This document shows, one piece after another, positions 8,684 through 15,632 of a DNA stretch of 16,517 nucleotides. The notes under the pieces are model-generated. The model made no database searches and was not told where the DNA came from. It was given only the letters and a program-made list of their open reading frames with translations. The position numbers were made by a program, and so were the translations under genes. Positions within the stretch are counted from its first letter, which is position 1, and the number at the start of each line of letters is the position of its first letter. Origin of the DNA: Halobacteriaceae archaeon (GTDB taxonomy: Archaea; Halobacteriota; Halobacteria; Halobacteriales; Halobacteriaceae); NCBI GenBank assembly GCA_042216675.1, contig JBDGTS010000033.1, forward strand, positions 1 through 16,517, written 5' to 3'.

Positions 8684-8710
8684 CGCGGTTATAGCACACC
8701 TATAATCGCG
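8684..8710. promoter_or_regulatory. Inverted repeat, candidate protein-binding site
   Basis: CGCGGTTATAG-CACAC-CTATAATCGCG: 11-bp arms with one mismatch and an AT-rich inner part, intergenic. Confidence 0.55.
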
Positions 8711-8761
8711 GCCCGAAACTAAACGACGGGGACGGCTGTCGGCCCCATGTCGCTCCCGCTG

Positions 8762-8777
8762 GAAACAGGTATTTAAG
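8762..8777. promoter_or_regulatory. TATA-like box, orientation ambiguous
   Basis: GAAACAGGTATTTAAG on plus; reads CTTAAATA on minus. One of very few AT-rich patches in the window, intergenic. Confidence 0.45.
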
Positions 8778-8824
8778 TGCCGGTGCGTCTGCGTCGTCGG
8801 TGTTGGTGCGTTGTGCATCGTCGA

Positions 8825-9103
8825 TCACTTGCCCTGGATCTTTGCTCGAACATTCGCGTCGCTCACGTCATCGAATCGTGTTCGGAACAGCGCGTAGTAC
8901 AGAATGATGAACACGAACGAGAGGCCGAGGAACACGCCGCCCCCGAACGCCATCGCCACGGCGACGATGATACCGAAGACGGCGTAGAACATCTGCGAGA
9001 GATTCCCCCAGAACCGGGTGGCGTTGCTTCGCCGCCGGTACAGGAGTTCGCCGGCGATGAACGCGAGCGCGACTACGCCGATGATGAGGAGTCCACTTGC
9101 CAT
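8825..9103 (-). CDS. Small membrane protein, about 3 TM (92 aa)
   Basis: GLLIIGVVALAFIAGELLY-RRR, then MFYAVFGIIVAVAMAFGGGVFLGLSFVFIILYYALF; 9 nt downstream of the previous stop. Confidence 0.8.
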   Translation of the reverse strand: MASGLLIIGVVALAFIAGELLYRRRSNATRFWGNLSQMFYAVFGIIVAVAMAFGGGVFLGLSFVFIILYYALFRTRFDDVSDANVRAKIQGK

Positions 9104-9112
9104 ACTTGGTGA

Positions 9113-9376
9113 TTACTTCTCATTGTCGTTGAGGTCCGCCGGTCGCTTGCTACTGTCCGACCCGCCGCCGAGAACATCCCGAATATCGTAGGTCCGGCCC
9201 TTCGCGCCGACGTTCTGCTGGAGGTAGAGTTCCCACAGCTTCGGCCCCCCGAACGCCGCGATCAACAGGATGATCGCGACCGGGATCGCGATCAGGAAGC
9301 CCGCGCCGGCGACGAGTGCCGGAAGCAGGACGATCCCGGCCGCAACGGTCGCGATGATTACCCACTTATTCGCCAT
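9113..9376 (-). CDS. Small membrane protein with N-terminal hydrophobic hairpin (87 aa; start re-called from 9487)
   Basis: GGAGGTGA at 9382-9389 precedes ATGATG (9379/9376); WVIIATVAAGIVLLPALVAGAGFLIAIPVAIILLIAAFG; overlaps the upstream stop. Confidence 0.75.
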   Translation of the reverse strand: MANKWVIIATVAAGIVLLPALVAGAGFLIAIPVAIILLIAAFGGPKLWELYLQQNVGAKGRTYDIRDVLGGGSDSSKRPADLNDNEK

Positions 9377-10295
9377 CATCGTCACCTCCGAACAGCCCGC
9401 CGAGATAGTCCTCGACGATGCGGTCAATCCCGGCGGAGTAGCCGGCGACCTCTCGCTGCGCGTCGTCGACGACGGATGGGTTCGCAACGAACCGGACCTG
9501 CGCTGATTCAGTGAAGTGGAACCGAACTACCGATCGGTTCTTGGGTTCGGTTTTGTAGACCGCGGCATCGGTCGATTCCTTCACCGGAAACCAGGTGTCC
9601 CCGCCGTCAGTCGAGTAGAGCGCGTGGTACTCGTCGATCTGTGCGCCCGTCTGTGGGTTTCGGAGTCGGACGGTGACCGTCGTCGGGACCTGCCCCTCGT
9701 CGGCCGAGAACTTGTAGTGCCGCTTCGTGACCGGCTGGTCGCCCAAGACCGACTCTTTGAGTTGCCGGACCATGCTTTCGGTCGCGGATTCCTTTTGAGA
9801 GGTCCACGATAACGCCTTTACGCGATACCGATTTGGCGCGAACGACGCCGTGGTGTCCGGTGGGAGCGTGAGTTCGATTCGCGTGTAGGTCTGCGACGTG
9901 TTCCAGTCGTGTACCGCGTCCCACGTCGCCGAGTAGTTGCCGTCGTTTGAGTCGACCTTTCCGGGGATCGACGCCGGCGGCATCGCCTTCTCGGCGACGA
10001 AAATACGGAAGGTCACGCAGTAGCCGTTCGGGTTCTCGGCTTTGACGCGGTAGAACGCATCCGTTTCGTCAATGCTGACGCGCGTGTTCGAGACGGTCGA
10101 TGTGGTTTCTGTCCCGTTCGCCAGCGCGTCGACGACCTTCTCGTTGTCGCGGAAGGCATCGTGCTCGACGACGGTCATGCAGGTATCCGATTGCGCGCGG
10201 GCCGGCGTAGTCGCGGGACCGCCGACAGCCGCGACGATCATCGCGACCGCGACGATCAAGCCCACGAGTGCGCGTCGTCGACGGGGGGAGGTCAC
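9366..10295 (-). CDS. Exported beta-rich protein, probable glycoprotein (309 aa; start re-called from 10385)
   Basis: GTG at 10295 forms a GTGA overlap with the upstream stop; signal MTSPRRRRALVGLIVAVAMIVAAVGGPATTPARA|Q; sequons NGT, NYS, NTS, NRS; two Cys; amphipathic C-terminus. Confidence 0.8.
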   Translation of the reverse strand: MTSPRRRRALVGLIVAVAMIVAAVGGPATTPARAQSDTCMTVVEHDAFRDNEKVVDALANGTETTSTVSNTRVSIDETDAFYRVKAENPNGYCVTFRIFVAEKAMPPASIPGKVDSNDGNYSATWDAVHDWNTSQTYTRIELTLPPDTTASFAPNRYRVKALSWTSQKESATESMVRQLKESVLGDQPVTKRHYKFSADEGQVPTTVTVRLRNPQTGAQIDEYHALYSTDGGDTWFPVKESTDAAVYKTEPKNRSVVRFHFTESAQVRFVANPSVVDDAQREVAGYSAGIDRIVEDYLGGLFGGDDDGE

Positions 10296-10594
10296 GAGAA
10301 CCACCCCCAGAGCCGGGATTGCCATCGGTCGACGCGTCGGCGCCAGCGGTCGCCCGCTTCGCCTGTCCAGTAGGAGCGTGCCCACGACTGGAAGCGTTGG
10401 TCCGGGATCACGGAGCGAATCATCAGGCCAACGAGAAGCGCGGAGACGACGGCTGTGAGCCAGAAGTTGGCACTGAAGCTCATGACTGCGAGCATGACCA
10501 GAACGAACAGGAACACCAGTTTCGCCGCGACGCGAAACGTCAGTTTCTCGCCCGATTCCAGCCAGCGTCGTAGTCTGTTTTCGAGGCTCATCAT
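10292..10594 (-). CDS. Small basic 2-TM membrane protein with Trp/Arg-rich tail (100 aa; real part of ORF 10292..11059)
   Basis: ATG at 10594 in an ATGA overlap with the upstream stop, GGAGGT SD; LVFLFVLVMLAVMSFSANFWLTAVVSALLVGLMI; tail RWRRRVDRWQSRLWGWFS. Fills the gap between two genes exactly. Confidence 0.75.
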   Translation of the reverse strand: MMSLENRLRRWLESGEKLTFRVAAKLVFLFVLVMLAVMSFSANFWLTAVVSALLVGLMIRSVIPDQRFQSWARSYWTGEAGDRWRRRVDRWQSRLWGWFS

Positions 10595-10968
10595 TCGGAC
10601 CTCCAGAACGGTATGTTGTAGTTGCCCTTGATCGGGAGTCGGCGTCGGAACCGCCCCCACAGCTCGTCGAACGCGGGGAGCCAGCGCCAGACGCCGATGG
10701 TCAACAGGAACAGGTGGAATGCCGCAAGGACGAGTGTCGTCCCGAGCGAAACGAGCGAGAGCGTCGCCCAGAAGAAGATAAAGACGATGTTGGCGTTGAT
10801 CTGTTCTCGAGGCGTGGTGTTCCGGACCCCGAACGCCTTCGGGAGTAGCGAGAACACCCAGTTGAGGAGATCCTTGATTGAGGGGAGTAGGATATCGTCG
10901 ATTTTGAAATCGCGGACGTAGGCCCACGCGTTCGCCGCAAACGCGCGGGCCTGCCCAATGACGCCCAT
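10591..10968 (-). CDS. Small 2-TM membrane protein (125 aa)
   Basis: NIVFIFFWATLSLVSLGTTLVLAAFHLFLLTIGVW; GAGGAGG SD; 3 nt from the upstream stop. Confidence 0.75.
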   Translation of the reverse strand: MGVIGQARAFAANAWAYVRDFKIDDILLPSIKDLLNWVFSLLPKAFGVRNTTPREQINANIVFIFFWATLSLVSLGTTLVLAAFHLFLLTIGVWRWLPAFDELWGRFRRRLPIKGNYNIPFWRSE

Positions 10969-10971
10969 CGA

Positions 10972-11337
10972 TCAGTCCTCCTCGTTTTGCGCCACTACGT
11001 AGCCGTCGACCGATTCGCAGTAACGATACCGGACCTCGGATCGGCGATAGATGTTCCATGTCGCGGCGCCGTGCATCACGCCGAAGTAGACCATCATCGC
11101 CTCGATTCCAACGACGCCAAGAGCGCCGAGGCGGCCGGGAAGCGTTGTCGTCGGTGTCGTCAGCGTCGCCGAGAGGCCGTAGATTCCAAGACCCGTGAAG
11201 ATGATCGCCACCACGGCGTCAGCTACGATTTCGTTGGGATTCACGTCGTCGTAGCGGTCGCGGTACGTGCGCTGGACGCTCGCCCGGACACGATTCGAAA
11301 TCTCCGAGGCCGCGTCTCGTAACCGCTCTCGAACCAT
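10972..11337 (-). CDS. Small 2-TM membrane protein (121 aa)
   Basis: IVADAVVAIIFTGLGIYGL and LGALGVVGIEAMMVYFGVM; start abuts the upstream stop; GGAGG SD. Confidence 0.8.
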   Translation of the reverse strand: MVRERLRDAASEISNRVRASVQRTYRDRYDDVNPNEIVADAVVAIIFTGLGIYGLSATLTTPTTTLPGRLGALGVVGIEAMMVYFGVMHGAATWNIYRRSEVRYRYCESVDGYVVAQNEED

Positions 11338-12006
11338 CTATGAGCCCTCCATATCGGGCAGGAACTCGAACGTTCCGTGGACTGAGCCCATGTACTTCCC
11401 GGCGAGGCGCTTTTTGTAGGCGGCACCGGGCGTCTTGTTGTTCGCGGCGTAGTCCTCACGGAAGGATACGAGGTCGTCTGGCATCTCTTGGGCCGCGATA
11501 CCCGAGAGTCGGATCACGTGATCCACATCTCGCGACGTGTCGTTGACGATGCGCAGGTTTTGGTAGCTCCCGTTCACTACGTCGGCCACGGCGTACACTT
11601 GCTCGTTTTGCATCTGGCCGTCCTCGTCTTCAAGTGCGCACCGAATCGCAACTACGTCTCGGGATTCGGAGGCGTTGATTCGGCTGTTGACGTACTGTTC
11701 GTAGGTACCGTTGTGCGTGTTGATTTCACTCTGGATATCGCTCACGCACTGTGACGGCGTCCGTTCGGTTTCGGGGCCGAACACGCGGTAGCGGGCATTC
11801 GTCACGATCCCGCCGGCGAACTGTCGTACCGCCGCGACTTGGTCGGTGATGTTCGCCGCCGTGCCAAGCACGGCGTCGACCAGAGAGTCGTCATCGTCGT
11901 CCTCGCTACTCTGTGCGACGGCGGTCGTGGGCGCGACGGCGGCGGCGACCAGGACCGCACAGAGGCACAGTGCGAGGATGTGTCTGGTGTTGTATCTGTT
12001 GGTCAT
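11338..12006 (-). CDS. Exported protein, probable glycoprotein (222 aa; start re-called from 12156)
   Basis: ATG at 12006 gives signal MTNRYNTRHILALCLCAVLVAAAVAPTTAVA|Q; sequons NIT, NGT, NAS, NGS, NDT, NKT; two Cys in the mature part. Confidence 0.8.
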   Translation of the reverse strand: MTNRYNTRHILALCLCAVLVAAAVAPTTAVAQSSEDDDDDSLVDAVLGTAANITDQVAAVRQFAGGIVTNARYRVFGPETERTPSQCVSDIQSEINTHNGTYEQYVNSRINASESRDVVAIRCALEDEDGQMQNEQVYAVADVVNGSYQNLRIVNDTSRDVDHVIRLSGIAAQEMPDDLVSFREDYAANNKTPGAAYKKRLAGKYMGSVHGTFEFLPDMEGS

Positions 12007-12020
12007 GTATGAACGGTGTT

Positions 12021-12041
12021 GGTAGGGGTAGGGGTAGGGGT
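12021..12041 (+). repeat. Short tandem repeat (GGTAGG) x3.5, G-tract array
   Basis: GGTAGGGGTAGGGGTAGGGGT read directly; intergenic if the start at 12006 is right. Confidence 0.8.
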
Positions 12042-12076
12042 CGCTGGAGAGAGTGACCCTCCACCGTGGCTGCGGA

Positions 12077-12093
12077 GGCCCCGCTTCGGGGCC
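12077..12093. other. GC-rich hairpin downstream of the GT2 gene
   Basis: GGCCCCG-CTT-CGGGGCC, perfect 7-bp stem; no T-tract follows on the minus strand. Confidence 0.4.
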
Positions 12094-12152
12094 ATGCCCA
12101 TCTACGGAATCGAACCGTAGTCTGTCACCAGAATGGGTACTCAAACGCGCCG

Positions 12153-13001
12153 TCAATCGGCCGATCGGCGTCGACCGCGCGGTGTTTGTGCCGCGAAGTC
12201 TAGCGCTTCAGACTCCGTCGTATCCTGCCGGCGTGGGGTTGGGACAGCACCCGTCGCGACGGTCTTCGCGATGCTGACATTTCGAATCACTCGGCCGATG
12301 CTCTTCACCGCGGTTCCACGGGCACTCTCGCTCCGGAACTGCGACGGCGCGAGAAGCGTCCGAACGACGCCGCCGTTCTCCTCGGCGGCTGAGTCGCTTT
12401 TCCGTCCGTAGTAGACATCTGCTGGCCCGAATCGCCACATCTTCTGCCAGAAACCCAGCACCGAATCGGCGTACGAGTGTGATACCTGCATCGACGGATC
12501 GTACCACACATCGTACTGTTCGCGAACCCGGTCGATCAGTTCGGTTTCGTCGTGACCCCACTCCAAGGCCGGATCGAAGTAGCCCACTGCCTCGAACACC
12601 TCGCGGCGGAAGGCCATGTTGCACCCAACGACGTGGTCGGTCCGTCCGTTAGCGTCGACGTCGTGGTTGTAGTGATCGCAGAACTCCGCGAACACGTCGT
12701 CTCTTGGATGGTCGACACGACCAGCGACGACCGGATGCTCGTCAAGCGCCCGAGACGCCGCGTCCAGATAGCCCTCAGCCGGGAGAGCATCGTCGTCGAC
12801 GAACACCAGTTTGTCAGCACTCGCGGCGTCGATGCCGCGGTTCCGTGCGGTCGTGATCCCAGCGTCCGTCCGAACGATGAACTCCACGTCGACACTGGCT
12901 GTCTCGGCCTGCGCACGGAGCGCCACCAGTGACTCCACGTCGTCGACGCGGTCCGCCATCGTCACGATGATGACCGAAAGGTCGGGCGTCGACGCGGTCA
13001 T
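12153..13001 (-). CDS. Glycosyltransferase family 2 (GT-A fold)
   Basis: DLSVIIVT, ARNRGIDAA, LVFVDDD (DxD), GCNMAFRREVFEAVGYFD, GHDETEL; ATGA overlap with the upstream gene. Confidence 0.92.
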   Translation of the reverse strand: MTASTPDLSVIIVTMADRVDDVESLVALRAQAETASVDVEFIVRTDAGITTARNRGIDAASADKLVFVDDDALPAEGYLDAASRALDEHPVVAGRVDHPRDDVFAEFCDHYNHDVDANGRTDHVVGCNMAFRREVFEAVGYFDPALEWGHDETELIDRVREQYDVWYDPSMQVSHSYADSVLGFWQKMWRFGPADVYYGRKSDSAAEENGGVVRTLLAPSQFRSESARGTAVKSIGRVIRNVSIAKTVATGAVPTPRRQDTTESEALDFAAQTPRGRRRSAD

Positions 13002-14011
13002 ACTTCGGCCTCCGTATCCGCTTCCTCACGGTAGCCGGCGGCCGCCAAGCGCGACGCCACGTCCGGGGCAACATCCAGCCGCGTGGGCGGCGTCAGAGAC
13101 GGTACCGACGTTCGCTCGTCAGCCGCGTCGATTTCGACCCACGGCACGTCCCGAATCGCGGGGATCGCCACGTCCGGATGCCCGAACAGCCCTCTCTCAC
13201 CGATGGCGTTGCCGTGGTCGGCGGTGACGATGCACCGGTCCGCGTCGAGGTTGTGACGAAGTCGGTCGACCTCCGACAGCACACGGTCGAGGTTGCGTCG
13301 GTAGCCCTCCCATGCCCGATGCTCGTCGACGAGGCCCTCACGAACCCGGTCCCACAGATTGCGTACGTCCACGTCAGAATCGCGGAAGGCATCGGGATCA
13401 CCCCACTCCTCGGCGTCGAATCCAGGGTGGAGGTCGGGGTCGTCGAGGAACGGGACGTGCGGTTGCATATAGTGGACGATGAGCCGACCGTCGTGTTCGC
13501 GGCCGACCTGAATCGCGCGGTCAGTCATCGCCTCCGGCCCGACGATACCCGTTGTTTCGTCCCATGCGTAGCCCCACACTTCGTCGATCAGGCCGAGTTC
13601 TGTCCCGTCCGAGGCCGGAACGTCCTCACACAGCGGCTTGGTCGGGTGGGAGTCGAACGCGGTCTGTGAGAACGGATTCCCCGTCACGTAGGCCGTGTCC
13701 GCGATGGTATCGGCGTACGCATTGGTGAACGTCCGCTCCATCCACTCTTTTGAGGACCCGGCGATAGAGGCCCGCGTCGCCGGCGTGTCGATCCAGTCGT
13801 GATCCGTGGCCGCCTCAGCCATGAGGTCCGCTCTACAGGCGTCGAGAATCACCAGTACGTCCCAGTCGGCTTCGAATACCGACTCGCCCCACTGGTTCCC
13901 GGTCGGGAGGTGCTGATAACCCCACTCTTTAAAGTAGTACCACGAGGTCGTCAGCCCCCGTTCAGGGAGTTGCCTGATGAAGTGTGAGACGCCCATTAGC
14001 TGTTCCTCCAT
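12998..14011 (-). CDS. Alkaline phosphatase/sulfatase superfamily protein (haloarchaeal DWD..LDACR type)
   Basis: DWDVLVILDACRADL, GSSKEWM, HYMQPHVPF, VTADHGN and GHP metal-binding motifs. An alternative start at 13996 has a GGAGG SD. Confidence 0.85.
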   Translation of the reverse strand: MEEQLMGVSHFIRQLPERGLTTSWYYFKEWGYQHLPTGNQWGESVFEADWDVLVILDACRADLMAEAATDHDWIDTPATRASIAGSSKEWMERTFTNAYADTIADTAYVTGNPFSQTAFDSHPTKPLCEDVPASDGTELGLIDEVWGYAWDETTGIVGPEAMTDRAIQVGREHDGRLIVHYMQPHVPFLDDPDLHPGFDAEEWGDPDAFRDSDVDVRNLWDRVREGLVDEHRAWEGYRRNLDRVLSEVDRLRHNLDADRCIVTADHGNAIGERGLFGHPDVAIPAIRDVPWVEIDAADERTSVPSLTPPTRLDVAPDVASRLAAAGYREEADTEAEV

Positions 14012-14081
14012 TCGGTCGTGATCGATTTGCGATACGCGTCGCTCAGGGAGTGTCGGTTGGTGTACATCATGGTCTGTGAAA

Positions 14082-15578
14082 TCAGTCGCTGTTAGTCGGT
14101 TGCATCCGCGTTCGGCTCGTCAAGACGCGCCGGAGGGCGTCGCGTGCGGGATCGTAAAGCGCCACGAGGCCGGCACCGTACGACGCCGCCCCGACCGTCA
14201 CGAGTCCAAGTAGCGCGCTCCAGCTGGTCGGTGACGTCTGCGAGAGGGTCGTGAGGCCGCGGGCCAGCGCCCACACCATGACCGTCATCGTCGCCGCAGC
14301 GACGGTCTGTGCATAGACGCCGGTTGGTCGTCCGATGGAGAGCTCAAGCGCCGAGCCAACGGCACGACGGCCGAGGACGTGCCGCCCTGTCTCGGACGCA
14401 ATCGTGGCGATCACGACGCCGACCGGCCCGAGGGTGAGCGCCAGCGCGACTCCGAGGACGATATTCGCGCAGAGCGTCGCGACGCCAATCTTGAATGAGA
14501 GATCGGGGCGATCCGCGCCGTCGAGGGCAGCGACGTATGGGAGCGTCTGTGTCCGGACGACCTGATACGCCGCGAGGCCGATCAGGAGCGTCGAGGCGGC
14601 CGCATACTCCGGGCCGTACAGCGTGACCACGACCCGCTCGGACAGCACCAGCGCCCCACCGAGCAGTGGGAGTGCGAGGATACTCCCGTAGTTCCGTCCG
14701 GCACGAATATCGGCCGCAGTTGTCGATAGCGAACCCTCACTCAGTGCCTCACTCGTCCGTGCGACCATGCTCGACGCGATGCTGTGCGCCACGTAGATGG
14801 CCGGGATCGTCACTTTCCACGCGACTTCGTAGTACCCGGCCGCCGTCGTCGAGAATAGCCACGCCAAGAGAAGCACGTCGAATCGGGAGTACGCCTTGTT
14901 CACCACTCGGGAGAGGATGTTGAACCGAGCGTACTCCCAGACCGACTTGAGCGTTGGTCGCGACGGCAATCGTGGTCGCACGCCCACGAACGCGAACCCT
15001 ACGCCTGCGGCGACAACACTGCCGATCACGAAGCCCGCCGTCATGCCCCAGATACCGTAGCCCAAGACCACGAGGCCGATCTGGAGCGGGATCGTCAGTA
15101 CCGATGCCAAGAGGCTGAGGCCGCTTTCGATACTCACGCGACCCGTCGCTGATACCAGCGTTGTACTGACGACGATAGTCCCGAGGGCACCGACTAAAAG
15201 GATCAAGAGGCTCGGTGCCGCGGGATGGTCGGCATAGGCCCGGAGCTGGGGAGCAAACGCGAAAGCACCGAGTCCGATCAGTGCGACCGTCGCGAATACT
15301 GCGATCCAAAGGAGGCCGACTAGTTCGCCGGTGTCGGCGTGCGAACCGGCGAACCGGTGCTTGGCCGCCCCGGCAAGCCCGTTCAGTGGCCGGTCCAACA
15401 GTCGACCGACCGTCAGCAGGACATAAAAGGCCCCGAACGCCGCCGGGCCGAGACGGCGGGCAAACACTACTGAGCCGACGAATCCGAGTGCCGCGAGGAG
15501 AACCTTCGCGATGAACGCGAGAGATACCTCCCGTCCCATCGCGTGATCGGTCGGTGATGGATCTGACTCGGTCGTCAT
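14082..15578 (-). CDS. Oligosaccharide flippase / polysaccharide biosynthesis protein (MOP superfamily, Wzx/RfbX-like)
   Basis: Multi-TM throughout; FARRLGPAAFGAF, RFDVLLLAWL...AAGYYEVA, LYGPEYAAA and NIVLGVAL...GPVG are typical Wzx-family segments. Confidence 0.9.
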   Translation of the reverse strand: MTTESDPSPTDHAMGREVSLAFIAKVLLAALGFVGSVVFARRLGPAAFGAFYVLLTVGRLLDRPLNGLAGAAKHRFAGSHADTGELVGLLWIAVFATVALIGLGAFAFAPQLRAYADHPAAPSLLILLVGALGTIVVSTTLVSATGRVSIESGLSLLASVLTIPLQIGLVVLGYGIWGMTAGFVIGSVVAAGVGFAFVGVRPRLPSRPTLKSVWEYARFNILSRVVNKAYSRFDVLLLAWLFSTTAAGYYEVAWKVTIPAIYVAHSIASSMVARTSEALSEGSLSTTAADIRAGRNYGSILALPLLGGALVLSERVVVTLYGPEYAAASTLLIGLAAYQVVRTQTLPYVAALDGADRPDLSFKIGVATLCANIVLGVALALTLGPVGVVIATIASETGRHVLGRRAVGSALELSIGRPTGVYAQTVAAATMTVMVWALARGLTTLSQTSPTSWSALLGLVTVGAASYGAGLVALYDPARDALRRVLTSRTRMQPTNSD

Positions 15579-15632
15579 TTTATATTCAATCGTTGTCTGC
15601 GAATCGGGTTCTCGACGAGGCAGTCGTGGCGA

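Larger units (their letters stand above)
1..12006 (-). mobile_element. Putative haloarchaeal plasmid/virus-like element core (MCM, DNA-translocase-like ATPase, membrane and exported protein cluster); boundaries not visible and may include the glycan block
   Basis: Unidirectional, largely translationally coupled run of unknown membrane/exported genes ending in a HerA/FtsK-like ATPase and an MCM; no housekeeping genes. No integrase or att site is seen in the window. Confidence 0.6.

Noticed and set aside
8753-8768. ORB-like origin box (TCCCGCTGGAAAC)
   Set aside because: Mismatches to the mini-ORB pattern, single copy, no G-string, no AT-rich unwinding element and no orc1/cdc6 in the window.
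10595-11059. N-terminal extension of ORF 10292..11059, and similar extensions to 9487, 10385 and 12156
   Set aside because: They overlap better-supported genes or precede clear signal peptides; SD and overlap evidence favours the shorter starts.
8825-12006. Pleolipovirus provirus call
   Set aside because: No roughly 500-600-aa C-terminally anchored spike is visible, and the ATPase is much larger than I expect for pleolipoviruses; a distant relationship is not excluded.
8798-12023. Shared 10-mer CGGTGTTGGT in two intergenic regions (8798-8807 and 12014-12023)
   Set aside because: Short, only two copies and at different distances from start codons; cannot be separated from chance.
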